A DNA stretch of 53,469 nt, taken from Candidatus Fermentithermobacillaceae bacterium UBA3907 (GTDB taxonomy: Bacteria; Bacillota; Sulfobacillia; Fermentithermobacillales; Fermentithermobacillaceae). The stretch's first letter is position 1, and every line of letters begins with the position of its first letter. The stretch lies in contig DGFF01000068.1 of NCBI GenBank assembly GCA_002391545.1, positions 653 to 54,121 of the forward strand, given 5' to 3'. The notes beneath the pieces are model-generated. The model saw nothing but the letters and a program-made list of their open reading frames with translations. It searched no databases and was not told the origin of the DNA. A program made the translations under genes and the position numbers. Positions 35,695-44,257 of this stretch are shown in pieces.

Positions 35695-36191
35695 AGAATA
35701 TTATGCAGGTTACAATAAGTGAGATGACTCTGGATGATCTAGATGAAGTTCTGGCAATTGAAAATCAATCTTATCCGACCCCCTGGTCTAGGCGGGCTTT
35801 TGAATCGGAACTTAAACACAATCTATATGCGCATTATTTCGTAGCTAGACATGAGGAAGAGATTGTAGGTTATTTTGGCATGTGGGTTATATTAGACGAA
35901 GCCCATATCACCAACATTTGTGTGAACCCTAAGTATAGGCGTCAGGGCATAGGAGAGCAGATGCTCAGGTTCGCTTTTGACAAGGCCAAAGAACTTGGTG
36001 CCTCGCAAATGACTTTAGAGGTAAGAGTCTCTAATCATGCAGCCCAGAACCTTTACCGGAAGCTGGGTTTTGAGGAGAGAGGGATTCGAAAGGGGTATTA
36101 CACGGACAATAATGAAGACGCTCTCATTATGACCAAAGATGACTTAGGCCCGGGAAGACCCCAGTCAGAACAGGTTAAATGGATGCTATAG
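35691..36191 (+). CDS. rimI: ribosomal-protein-alanine N-acetyltransferase RimI
   Basis: GNAT motif A (ITNICVNPKYRRQGIGEQML). It occupies the conserved position after tsaB. Confidence 0.88.
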   Translation: MKNIMQVTISEMTLDDLDEVLAIENQSYPTPWSRRAFESELKHNLYAHYFVARHEEEIVGYFGMWVILDEAHITNICVNPKYRRQGIGEQMLRFAFDKAKELGASQMTLEVRVSNHAAQNLYRKLGFEERGIRKGYYTDNNEDALIMTKDDLGPGRPQSEQVKWML

Positions 36192-37098
36192 CACAGTTTA
36201 CATCATCTCTTGTTTTTCGAGCGGCGTCTGCAATTGCTTGGTATATTTCTTCGGGAGCAGGGCGAAGATCGTCTAATTGTTCATAGGCAAAAATGATCTG
36301 CCTGGACGAAGACACAAGGGCGCCTCTGCCATCTTTCAGAAAAGCTGGTTTTACGTCTTCTGCAGTTCCCCCCTGGGCACCATAACCCGGCAGCAGGAAA
36401 ATTGTTCTAGGCATGAGCTGTCTTAGACGAGTTAGGTTTTCAGGATAAGTAGCCCCAACTACTGCACCTACATTGGAAAAATTGCAATTACCCAGGTTCA
36501 AATTGCCAATCGCTGCCACTGAAGCGGCGACTTTTTCAAACACAGTTTGAACTGACGTACAGTCTTCCTCTGTCACCTTGAGATCTTGAAAGGCCGAAGA
36601 ACCGGGATTAGATGTCTTGACTAGCACAAAGAGCCCGCAATCATTTTCATTTGCCATTTCAACAAAAGGCTCGAGGGTGTCAGGTCCTAGAAAAGGATTA
36701 ATAGTTAACGCGTCTACAAAAAAATCTGATTTAGGGTGAAGGTAGGCGGCAGCATATGCCCGACCTGTGTTCCCAATATCGCCTCGTTTGGCATCTAGGA
36801 TTACAGGAATGCCTAAATTACGTGCGTATTTTATAATTCTAGAAAGAACTGTCAATCCTGTGATCCCCATGCTTTCAAAGAAGGCAGCCTGGGGTTTTAC
36901 GGCGCAGGCGTATTGTTTTGCTACATCAATTACCATGACGCAAAAAGTTTCTAATAGATGTTCCTTGGATTTTCCTGAGAAAGATTGTTGCAGCTTCGAA
37001 CCGGGGGCAAATATGCGCATAGGATCCGGGTCTATTCCAATTACAATACGAGAGTCTGTCTTATCGATGGCATGTTGGAGCCTGTCGGCAAAATGCAT
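36175..37098 (-). CDS. pyrF: orotidine 5'-phosphate decarboxylase, type 2
   Basis: The homologous part starts at MHFADRLQHAIDKTDSRIVIGIDPD (ATG at 37096-37098, RBS AAGGTGG upstream). It contains DAKRGDIGNT. The listed ORF's extra 137 N-terminal residues run antisense into tsaD and look spurious. Confidence 0.88.
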   Translation of the reverse strand: MHFADRLQHAIDKTDSRIVIGIDPDPMRIFAPGSKLQQSFSGKSKEHLLETFCVMVIDVAKQYACAVKPQAAFFESMGITGLTVLSRIIKYARNLGIPVILDAKRGDIGNTGRAYAAAYLHPKSDFFVDALTINPFLGPDTLEPFVEMANENDCGLFVLVKTSNPGSSAFQDLKVTEEDCTSVQTVFEKVAASVAAIGNLNLGNCNFSNVGAVVGATYPENLTRLRQLMPRTIFLLPGYGAQGGTAEDVKPAFLKDGRGALVSSSRQIIFAYEQLDDLRPAPEEIYQAIADAARKTRDDVNCAIASI

Positions 37099-37235
37099 AG
37101 CAATTTCCCACCTTTGAAAAGGTATTGCCCACGAAGAACTGGCAAGAACAAGACTACCAGCACTAGTAGATTGATGCAAGACGGCCAAGTAATTTTGGAG
37201 TTGACGCAATTTCTGAGAAAGTCTTTTGGGAACCG

Positions 37236-37241
37236 TATAAT
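37236..37241 (+). promoter_or_regulatory. possible -10 box for tsaD
   Basis: A perfect TATAAT lies 29 nt upstream of ATG 37270. No convincing -35 is present at 17-18 nt; TTGACG at 37201 is too far away. Confidence 0.25.
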
Positions 37242-37269
37242 TGTTGTAGACTGATAAGAGGTGATATAA

Positions 37270-38298
37270 ATGCTCATGTTGGGAATTGATACATCTTGCG
37301 ATGACACTTCGTGTGCAGTGGTAGAGGATGGGCAAAAGATATTGTCTAATGTAGTTTCTTCCCAGACGGATCTCCATTCTAAATATGGAGGCGTTGTTCC
37401 TGAGATAGCTTCTAGACGTCACGTCGAGATTATAGTTCCTGTTACTGAAGAGGCCCTGCTCCAAGCAGGTGTGACTCTTTCTGATATTGATGGGGTCTCT
37501 GTAACCCATGGTCCCGGATTAATAGGGGCCTTACTGGTTGGAACATCTTTTGCTAAATCCTTGGCCTATGGATTAGGAGTACCATTAATTCCTGTGCATC
37601 ATCTTGCTGGTCATATATATGCCAATTTTTTGGGTAAGGATGTTCCTAAGTTTCCCGTTCTTAACCTTGTGGTTTCAGGTGGACATTCTGAACTTATACT
37701 AATGAAATCTCACGGTCATTTCCGTATTGTATGCCAAACTTTGGATGATGCAGCAGGAGAAGTGTTTGATAAAGTAGCTCGGGAAATGGGGCTGCCTTTT
37801 CCTGGAGGTCCTTATCTAGACGAACTTGCTGAATTTGGTGACCCTGGGAGCATTTTCTTTCCCCTCCCCAAGATTGAAGGCTTTGAATACGCGTACAGTT
37901 TTTCAGGCATCAAGACCCGTGCTATTTTGGAGTTTCAAGCTAAAGGTGAGAGCGAAGAGTTTAAGGCGGATTTGGCTGCAAGTTTCAGAAAAGCAGTTGT
38001 GGACCAGTTATTACATCCTGTAAAAGAAGTGATTGACAAGACAGAGGCCAAATCGTTTGCCATTTCGGGGGGAGTTGCAGCCAACATGCTGCTTAGAAGA
38101 GAAGCGGAAGCACTATGCAAAGAACTAGGCGTTCCTCTTTATGTTCCGCCACCTGAACTTTGCACTGATAACGGGGCAATGATCGCTGCAGCGGGGTTTT
38201 TCAAATACCAGTGCGTAGGAAGGGATATGAATGAGTGGTTATATTTGAGCCCGTCTGCAGGTCTTGAACTCGAATCTTGGGGAGATGGGTATTCATGA
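37270..38298 (+). CDS. tsaD: tRNA N6-adenosine threonylcarbamoyltransferase TsaD
   Basis: MLMLGIDTSCDDTSCAVV, PVHHLAGHI and GGVAAN motifs. Confidence 0.95.
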   Translation: MLMLGIDTSCDDTSCAVVEDGQKILSNVVSSQTDLHSKYGGVVPEIASRRHVEIIVPVTEEALLQAGVTLSDIDGVSVTHGPGLIGALLVGTSFAKSLAYGLGVPLIPVHHLAGHIYANFLGKDVPKFPVLNLVVSGGHSELILMKSHGHFRIVCQTLDDAAGEVFDKVAREMGLPFPGGPYLDELAEFGDPGSIFFPLPKIEGFEYAYSFSGIKTRAILEFQAKGESEEFKADLAASFRKAVVDQLLHPVKEVIDKTEAKSFAISGGVAANMLLRREAEALCKELGVPLYVPPPELCTDNGAMIAAAGFFKYQCVGRDMNEWLYLSPSAGLELESWGDGYS

Positions 38299-39641
38299 GC
38301 GTACTTGAGCCTACACCTCCTCCTTCAATCGAGGTCCTTTTGTACCATGCGGAAAATGAGGGGATATTGCCTATAACTTCAGTGTGCAACATGGGCTGTA
38401 TTTTTTGCTCCAATAAGTACAATCCTGAAGGTTGCGAAGTCTTTAACATCGAACCGCGACCGCTCAAACATATAGAAGAGACCATCCTTTGGCTCGGAAG
38501 CACTAGAAGCCCGGTAATCATTGGGGAGTCTGTAACACGGATTAACGAAGGGGAACCTTTGACCCATCCTGATTTTCTTGAAATCCTGAAGCTAGTGCGT
38601 GGAACCTACCCTGAACGGAGTATTCGAGTGACTACCAATGCTTCTTTGTTTACTGAGACATTGATTGACGAAGTTAGAGAGATGGGAAATGTGGAGTTTC
38701 TAATTTCGTTAAACACGGTAGGCTACAGAAAAGAACTGATGGGCGATATGAATCCAGAAAGAACTTTGAATAATGTTCGCACCTTAGGCCAGAGCAATAT
38801 TACGTTTGAAGGAAGCATAGTTGCTTTGCCCTTTATAACAGGGTGGAATGATGTTGAGGACACGGCTAAATTCTTGAAAGACTGCGGCGCAACGTGTATA
38901 CGGCTGCTTGCTCCAGGATTTTCAAAATTGCATCCTCTAAGTTCCAAGGTACCTATAGATTTACGTGATGAACTCTTAGATTTTGGTTTGCGTTTGAGAA
39001 AAGAACTGAAGATCCCTGTTCTTGTTGAACCGCCCTATCTGAAAGATTTGACGCCTGTGGTGGTAGATGTATTACCCCGTTCTCCGGCAAAAAGGGCAGG
39101 TATAAGGCCTGGCGATGTAATCGCTTACGAGCGGGGTAGAGAAATATTTTCTAGTTCCCACGCGTTCAAAATCATGAGAGATTTGGAGAACCCGAGAATC
39201 ACTTATGAAAGGGACGGGGTTTTTTACGATACTGTCATTTATAAAGAACAGTTCACATCTCCGGGGGTTATCATGTACGACGATCTCGACCCTGAAGACT
39301 GGTTCGACTGGGAGAGGAAGTCTGGGGTAAGGCGGAGAAAGATGCTCATCCTCACCTCGGTTTTTGCCAAACCTCTTATCGAAAGCGCCTTAGAAAAGCG
39401 GGGTTTGACTGCAGAGGTTAAAGCAGTGCGTTCCCTTTTCTTTGGCGGAAACATTGAGGCTGCTGGATTGCTCACAGTTAGAGATTTTTTGGGTAGTTTT
39501 GAAGAAGTTGTTTCGTCAGGGTTTGAACCAGGTGTTGTGACTTTGCCGAAGCGGGCGTTTGACCCGTGGGGCAGAGACCTTGAGGGCGTCAGATACAAGG
39601 ATTTCGAGGTTTTAACCGGGTGCAGGGTAGTTCTTGGCTGA
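38295..39641 (+). CDS. radical SAM protein with PDZ domain and DUF512-like C-terminus
   Basis: CNMGCIFC (Cx3Cx2C), a PDZ segment (PRSPAKRAGIRPGDVI), and a C-terminal region resembling DUF512. ATG 38295 forms an ATGA overlap with the tsaD stop. The listed TTG at 38277 is an alternative. Confidence 0.75.
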   Translation: MSVLEPTPPPSIEVLLYHAENEGILPITSVCNMGCIFCSNKYNPEGCEVFNIEPRPLKHIEETILWLGSTRSPVIIGESVTRINEGEPLTHPDFLEILKLVRGTYPERSIRVTTNASLFTETLIDEVREMGNVEFLISLNTVGYRKELMGDMNPERTLNNVRTLGQSNITFEGSIVALPFITGWNDVEDTAKFLKDCGATCIRLLAPGFSKLHPLSSKVPIDLRDELLDFGLRLRKELKIPVLVEPPYLKDLTPVVVDVLPRSPAKRAGIRPGDVIAYERGREIFSSSHAFKIMRDLENPRITYERDGVFYDTVIYKEQFTSPGVIMYDDLDPEDWFDWERKSGVRRRKMLILTSVFAKPLIESALEKRGLTAEVKAVRSLFFGGNIEAAGLLTVRDFLGSFEEVVSSGFEPGVVTLPKRAFDPWGRDLEGVRYKDFEVLTGCRVVLG

Positions 39642-39742
39642 CGAAAAGGAGGAATGAATTTGGATATTGGAGAAGGAATGTGAGGTAGGGAGGTGCCACT
39701 GAGTTTAAGAAGATAAAGTGTCTTTGGGAGGTTGAGAGGAAA

Positions 39743-40807
39743 GTGGACATTAAGCAATTCTTAAAAGACGCATCCATGGCCCATGGGGTTAGTGGCTTTG
39801 AATTTGCAGACATTGCTAAGATTGTTCAAGAACGAATGTCAGGATTAGTTGATGAAATTCGCACAGATGCCCTTGGGAACATTATAGGAGTGCGTTATGG
39901 GGATACAACGGACCCCTTAAGGCCCAAGGTGATGCTCGCAGGGCACATGGACGAAATTGGGCTTATGGTCACGAAAATTGAAGAAGGCGGTTTTCTGCGA
40001 TTTACCCAAGTAGGTGGAGTGGATCCCCGAATATTGCCGGGCCATGAAGTTATTGTGTACGGGAAAAAACCTCTTACAGGGATAATAGGGGTAAAACCTC
40101 CACACTTAACTTCAAGGGAAGAAGCTGCACGTGCCCATAAAATGAGCGACTTATTTATTGATGTTGGCATGCCTGAAGAGATGGTAAGAGATCTGGTGAG
40201 GGTAGGGGATGTTGTTACCTTCAAGCGCCAGGTGAGCGAGCTTACCTCAGACGTGCTGGCCGGCAAGTCTTTTGATGACCGCGCAGGTGTGGCTGTGATG
40301 CTAGTATGCTTAGAGGAATTAAAGCGGTACAAAGTAGCAGCGGACGTTTACGCAGTTGCTACTACTCAGGAGGAAGTGGGGCTAAGAGGGGCTATGGTAT
40401 CTACGTATGGCATTATACCTGATATAGGTATAGCTATTGACGTTTGCCACGCAGAGACTCCTGGAGTTCCAGATTGGAAGACTTCATCTATGGGAAAGGG
40501 TCCTGCCCTTACCCAGGGTGCTAACATTCACCCTAAGGTGTACCAAGGATTAGAGAGGGCAGCTAAGGAACTGGGTATTCCAGTGCAGCCTGATGTAGCT
40601 CCTGCAGCAACTGGGACTGATGCGTGGGCCATGCAGGTTGCTCGGTGTGGGGTAGCTACAGGATTAGTTTCTATCCCAGAAAGGTATATGCATACTTCAG
40701 TTGAAACTTTAAGTATTTCAGATGTGGAGAAGGCGGGAAGACTTATCGCTAGATTTATATCGTCAGTAGACGCTTGTTTTGTGAAGGAGTTGAAAAAATG
40801 GACCTAA
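39743..40807 (+). CDS. M42 family metallo-aminopeptidase (TET/FrvX/YsdC-like), copy 1
   Basis: MLAGHMDEIGLMV, SFDDRAGVAVM and TTQEEVGLRGA motifs. Confidence 0.88.
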   Translation: MDIKQFLKDASMAHGVSGFEFADIAKIVQERMSGLVDEIRTDALGNIIGVRYGDTTDPLRPKVMLAGHMDEIGLMVTKIEEGGFLRFTQVGGVDPRILPGHEVIVYGKKPLTGIIGVKPPHLTSREEAARAHKMSDLFIDVGMPEEMVRDLVRVGDVVTFKRQVSELTSDVLAGKSFDDRAGVAVMLVCLEELKRYKVAADVYAVATTQEEVGLRGAMVSTYGIIPDIGIAIDVCHAETPGVPDWKTSSMGKGPALTQGANIHPKVYQGLERAAKELGIPVQPDVAPAATGTDAWAMQVARCGVATGLVSIPERYMHTSVETLSISDVEKAGRLIARFISSVDACFVKELKKWT

Positions 40808-41817
40808 AAACCCTTACATCTCTTTCCGGCGTTTCAGGTGATGAATATGAGGTTCGGGACGGGATAATAAAAGAGCTAGATAGCATGGGAGTATCGTACG
40901 AATGCGACGTGCTGGGCAACGTAATTGCAAGAAAAGGCAACAAAGGGCCCAAAGTCATTATAGATGCTCATATGGACGAAGTTGGGCTGGTAATTACGTA
41001 TATTGAAAAGAACGGATTTCTTAGATTTGCTACAGTTGGGGGTATAGATTCTAGAGTTTTGGTGTCCAAGCGTGTTTTGATAGGTAAACATAGAACACCT
41101 GGCGTAATAGGAGCCAAGGCCATACACCTCCAGGAGCGGGATGAACGTAACCGAGTAATACCTTCAGACCAGCTTTTCATCGATATCGGCGCTAGTTCGA
41201 AAGAAGAAGCGGAACGCAAAGTCAAACAAGGTGACTATGTGATCTTTGATACCGAATATGAAGAACTATCTGACGGAATAGTAAAGGCCAAAGGTTTGGA
41301 CGACAGGGTAGGCTGCGCTATATTGTTGGAGGTTCTCAAGGAGCCTTGGGAGGATATAAACCTTTACGCAGTATTTGCCACTCAAGAGGAAGTGGGACTA
41401 AGAGGCGCTAAAGTAGCCGCATATGGCATTGAGCCTGATATGGGTTTGGCCATAGAGGGTACCGTTTGCGCAGATATACCAGGTACTGACAAAGAGTTTC
41501 AAGCTACACGTCTAGGTCAAGGAGCTGCTCTTAGCATTATGGACTCAGGTTCCATACCTAACAGGGCAATGTTGAAAGAGCTAATAAGGTTAGCTAAAGA
41601 AAACGACATTCCTGTGCAGTTCCGGGAGGCTACTTCAGGCGGAAACGATGCGGCTGCGATCCAACAGGCTAGGGCTGGATGTCCAGTAGCCTCTGTTTCT
41701 GTACCTTGTCGGTACATACACACGCCCTGTTCTTTAATGTCAATGTCAGATTTTGAAGCAGCTAAACAATTGGTAATTGCTTTCTTGAAAAGTGTTGAAG
41801 GAGGTTTTAGACCGTGA
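40798..41817 (+). CDS. M42 family metallo-aminopeptidase, copy 2
   Basis: IDAHMDEVGLVI, GLDDRVGCAIL and ATQEEVGLRGA. ATG 40798 is preceded by GAAGGAG (40783-40789). The listed start at 40774 is probably too early. Confidence 0.88.
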   Translation: MDLKTLTSLSGVSGDEYEVRDGIIKELDSMGVSYECDVLGNVIARKGNKGPKVIIDAHMDEVGLVITYIEKNGFLRFATVGGIDSRVLVSKRVLIGKHRTPGVIGAKAIHLQERDERNRVIPSDQLFIDIGASSKEEAERKVKQGDYVIFDTEYEELSDGIVKAKGLDDRVGCAILLEVLKEPWEDINLYAVFATQEEVGLRGAKVAAYGIEPDMGLAIEGTVCADIPGTDKEFQATRLGQGAALSIMDSGSIPNRAMLKELIRLAKENDIPVQFREATSGGNDAAAIQQARAGCPVASVSVPCRYIHTPCSLMSMSDFEAAKQLVIAFLKSVEGGFRP

Positions 41818-42806
41818 AAGAACTTGTAAAGAAATTCACAGAAGGTTTTGGGCCATCAGGCTTTGAGGATTCTATAAGAGAGATCATTCGTAAAGAAGTA
41901 GAACCATTTGTGGATGAAGTTAGAGTAGATGCATTGGGTAATCTGATTTGTTTTAAGAAAGGAAATGGCGGCAAAAAGGTTTTGCTCGATGCCCATATGG
42001 ACGAAATCGGCGTAATAATTACTCACATTGACGAAAACGGGTTCCTCAGATTTGGCAGTATAGGTGGAGTCAACCCTATAATCGCTCTAGGCCAGAGAGT
42101 TTACTTCGAAAATGGTGTTTGCGGAGTTATAGGCAGTGAAAGAATTGAAGATCCTAAAGACTTAAAGTTGGAGAAGTTTTTCATAGATATTGGTGCTAAG
42201 AGCAGGGAGCAAGCTGCTGAAAAAGTTAAAGTGGGAGACGCTGGCGCGTTTTTGCAGACAGCCATCGATCTAGGCGACAGAATGATCGCAAAGGCTATGG
42301 ACGATAGAATTGGATGTGTAGTGATCGTAGAAGTCCTTAGGCAGCTTAAGGAAACTAAACATGACATATATGCAGTGTTTGCCACCCAAGAAGAGGTAGG
42401 TCTAAGGGGAGCTAGGGTAGCTGCTTACGGTGTAGAACCAGACGTAGGCATTGCATTTGATGTGACCGGTACAGGAGATACTCCTAAGGCTCGTACTATG
42501 GATGTGTCCATCGGGAAGGGTGCTGCAATCAAAGTGAAAGATTCCAGCTTGATTTGTCATCCAGGATTAAGGGAGTACCTCGTAAAATTGGCTGAAGAGA
42601 ACGGGATTCCTTACCAGCTTGAAGTACTAGAATCAGGTGGTACCAATGCAGGTGCGATACAGATGACTAAAGCCGGTATACCCGCTGGGGTCATTTCAAT
42701 TCCTTCAAGATACATTCACACACCAGGAGAAATGGTAGATCTTGATGATGTCAAGGCTTGTATAGATCTTTGCGTTGCCGCTTGCCAAAGCCCACTGGAT
42801 TTTTGA
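41814..42806 (+). CDS. M42 family metallo-aminopeptidase, copy 3
   Basis: LDAHMDEIGVII, AMDDRIGCVVI and ATQEEVGLRGA. 4-nt overlap with copy 2. Confidence 0.88.
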   Translation: MKELVKKFTEGFGPSGFEDSIREIIRKEVEPFVDEVRVDALGNLICFKKGNGGKKVLLDAHMDEIGVIITHIDENGFLRFGSIGGVNPIIALGQRVYFENGVCGVIGSERIEDPKDLKLEKFFIDIGAKSREQAAEKVKVGDAGAFLQTAIDLGDRMIAKAMDDRIGCVVIVEVLRQLKETKHDIYAVFATQEEVGLRGARVAAYGVEPDVGIAFDVTGTGDTPKARTMDVSIGKGAAIKVKDSSLICHPGLREYLVKLAEENGIPYQLEVLESGGTNAGAIQMTKAGIPAGVISIPSRYIHTPGEMVDLDDVKACIDLCVAACQSPLDF

Positions 42807-42829
42807 AGGGGGAAGGAGCGTAGTTCTCA

Positions 42830-44257
42830 ATGTTAGAACTAGAAAAGGTGTTAGGAATTGCCCAGAAATTAGGGGCTGAATACGCAGATGCTCGCTACGT
42901 GTCTACTAAGGCAGAACCCATATTTCTCGAAAGTGATGGGGCAAGTAGCGTATCAACTTCTAAAAGCACAGGTGTAGGCTTGCGAGTGTTGGTAGATGGC
43001 GCATGGGGTTTTGCGTCAACTCCCAATCTGAATGAAAGAAGTTTGGGCCAGTTGGCAAAAGAAGCAGTTGAAATCGCTAGCGCATCAGCGATGTACAAAA
43101 AAGGTGAAGGAACCAGCTTAGATCCCCTGCCTTCAATTAACGTTAAGTACAAAACGCCAGTAAAAGTTGATCCGTTTAGCGTTAAGGCTGAAGAAAAACT
43201 GGAGTATCTAAACGATGCCCTAAGCGAGGTAAAAGGCATGCCAGATATTTCTCGGGCTAGGGCTTCTATGATTTCCTACACAGAAGAAAAAGTGTTTTTG
43301 TCTACAGATGGGCGAAAGATCTCTCAGAATTTAACCTATACAGGGGCAGGGATTTCCGTTACCGCAAGGGGGCCCAACGATGCCCAAAGCAGATCCTTTG
43401 ACGATTACGCTTCTTCTGGGTATGAGTTTGTATTAGATTTGGATTTGAAAACTAAGATACAGGACCTGGCGCGAGAAGCAAGAGAACTATTAAACGCCCC
43501 TGTCTGTCCTGAAGGAGTGACAGACCTGGTGATGGGCGGTTCCATGACTGCGTTGCAGATCCATGAATCATGCGGACATCCTGTGGAGCTGGACAGAGTA
43601 ATGGGTTGGGAAACGACTTATGCAGGCACTTCGTTCCTGACGCCGGAGAAGAAAGGAACTTTTAGGTACGGTTCTCCTGAAGTACACATAGTCGCTGATG
43701 CTACCATACCTGAAGGTCTTGGGAGTTTTGGATACGATGACGAAGGCATTGAAGCTCAAAGAACAGACCTAATAGTTGATGGAATCTTCCAGGATTATCT
43801 GACTTCCAGAGAGTTGGCACCTATGTTTGATCAAGAGTCTAACGGCAGCATGCGTGCAGTGGGCTGGGAAAACTTGCCTATGATAAGGATGACGAATATA
43901 AACTTGGAGCCAGGCGATTGGACTTTAGATGAGATCATACGTGATACCCAAGACGGCATTTTTGTAGATACGCCGAAAAGCTGGAGCCTTGATGACAAGC
44001 GCTTGAATTTCCATTTTGGTCAAGAAATAGCCTTCGAGATCAAAGACGGTTCTTTAGGCAGGATGCTGAAGAACTCGGCCTACACCGGCATGACGCCTGA
44101 GTTTTGGAGATCATGTGATGCAGTAGCAGGGAAAGACGAATGGAAGGTTTGGGGAACGCCCGGCTGCGCCAAAGGCGAGCCAGTCCAGGTTATCCATGTG
44201 GGGCACGGAGCATCGCCGGCTCGCTTCCGCAATATAAAGGTAGGTGTGGAGGAATGA
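42830..44257 (+). CDS. tldD: TldD family metalloprotease
   Basis: HExxxH zinc motif in LQIHESCGHPVELD. 475 aa. It is paired with the PmbA-like gene. Confidence 0.88.
   Translation: MLELEKVLGIAQKLGAEYADARYVSTKAEPIFLESDGASSVSTSKSTGVGLRVLVDGAWGFASTPNLNERSLGQLAKEAVEIASASAMYKKGEGTSLDPLPSINVKYKTPVKVDPFSVKAEEKLEYLNDALSEVKGMPDISRARASMISYTEEKVFLSTDGRKISQNLTYTGAGISVTARGPNDAQSRSFDDYASSGYEFVLDLDLKTKIQDLAREARELLNAPVCPEGVTDLVMGGSMTALQIHESCGHPVELDRVMGWETTYAGTSFLTPEKKGTFRYGSPEVHIVADATIPEGLGSFGYDDEGIEAQRTDLIVDGIFQDYLTSRELAPMFDQESNGSMRAVGWENLPMIRMTNINLEPGDWTLDEIIRDTQDGIFVDTPKSWSLDDKRLNFHFGQEIAFEIKDGSLGRMLKNSAYTGMTPEFWRSCDAVAGKDEWKVWGTPGCAKGEPVQVIHVGHGASPARFRNIKVGVEE

Noticed and set aside
37099-37509. 137-codon N-terminal extension of the pyrF ORF (listed as 36175-37509).
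   Set aside because: The extension has no OMP-decarboxylase similarity and runs antisense across the tsaD start and promoter region. A good RBS (AAGGTGG) precedes the internal ATG at 37098, where the homology begins.
39654-39683. 8-codon mini-ORF (MNLDIGEGM) and several Shine-Dalgarno-like purine runs in the leader of the first M42 gene. I considered a leader peptide or RiPP precursor.
   Set aside because: The ATG is only 1 nt from the GGAGG, which is poor spacing. The peptide is too short and featureless, and no attenuator or terminator structure follows. I mention it only as context in one finding.
44140-44253. 5' extension of pmbA into tldD. Similar extensions occur for M42 copy 2 (40774-40797), acpS (18916-18996) and tsaB (34888-34923).
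   Set aside because: The internal starts have RBSs or ATGA-type coupling. The extensions are Arg/Gly-rich or otherwise lack family similarity.
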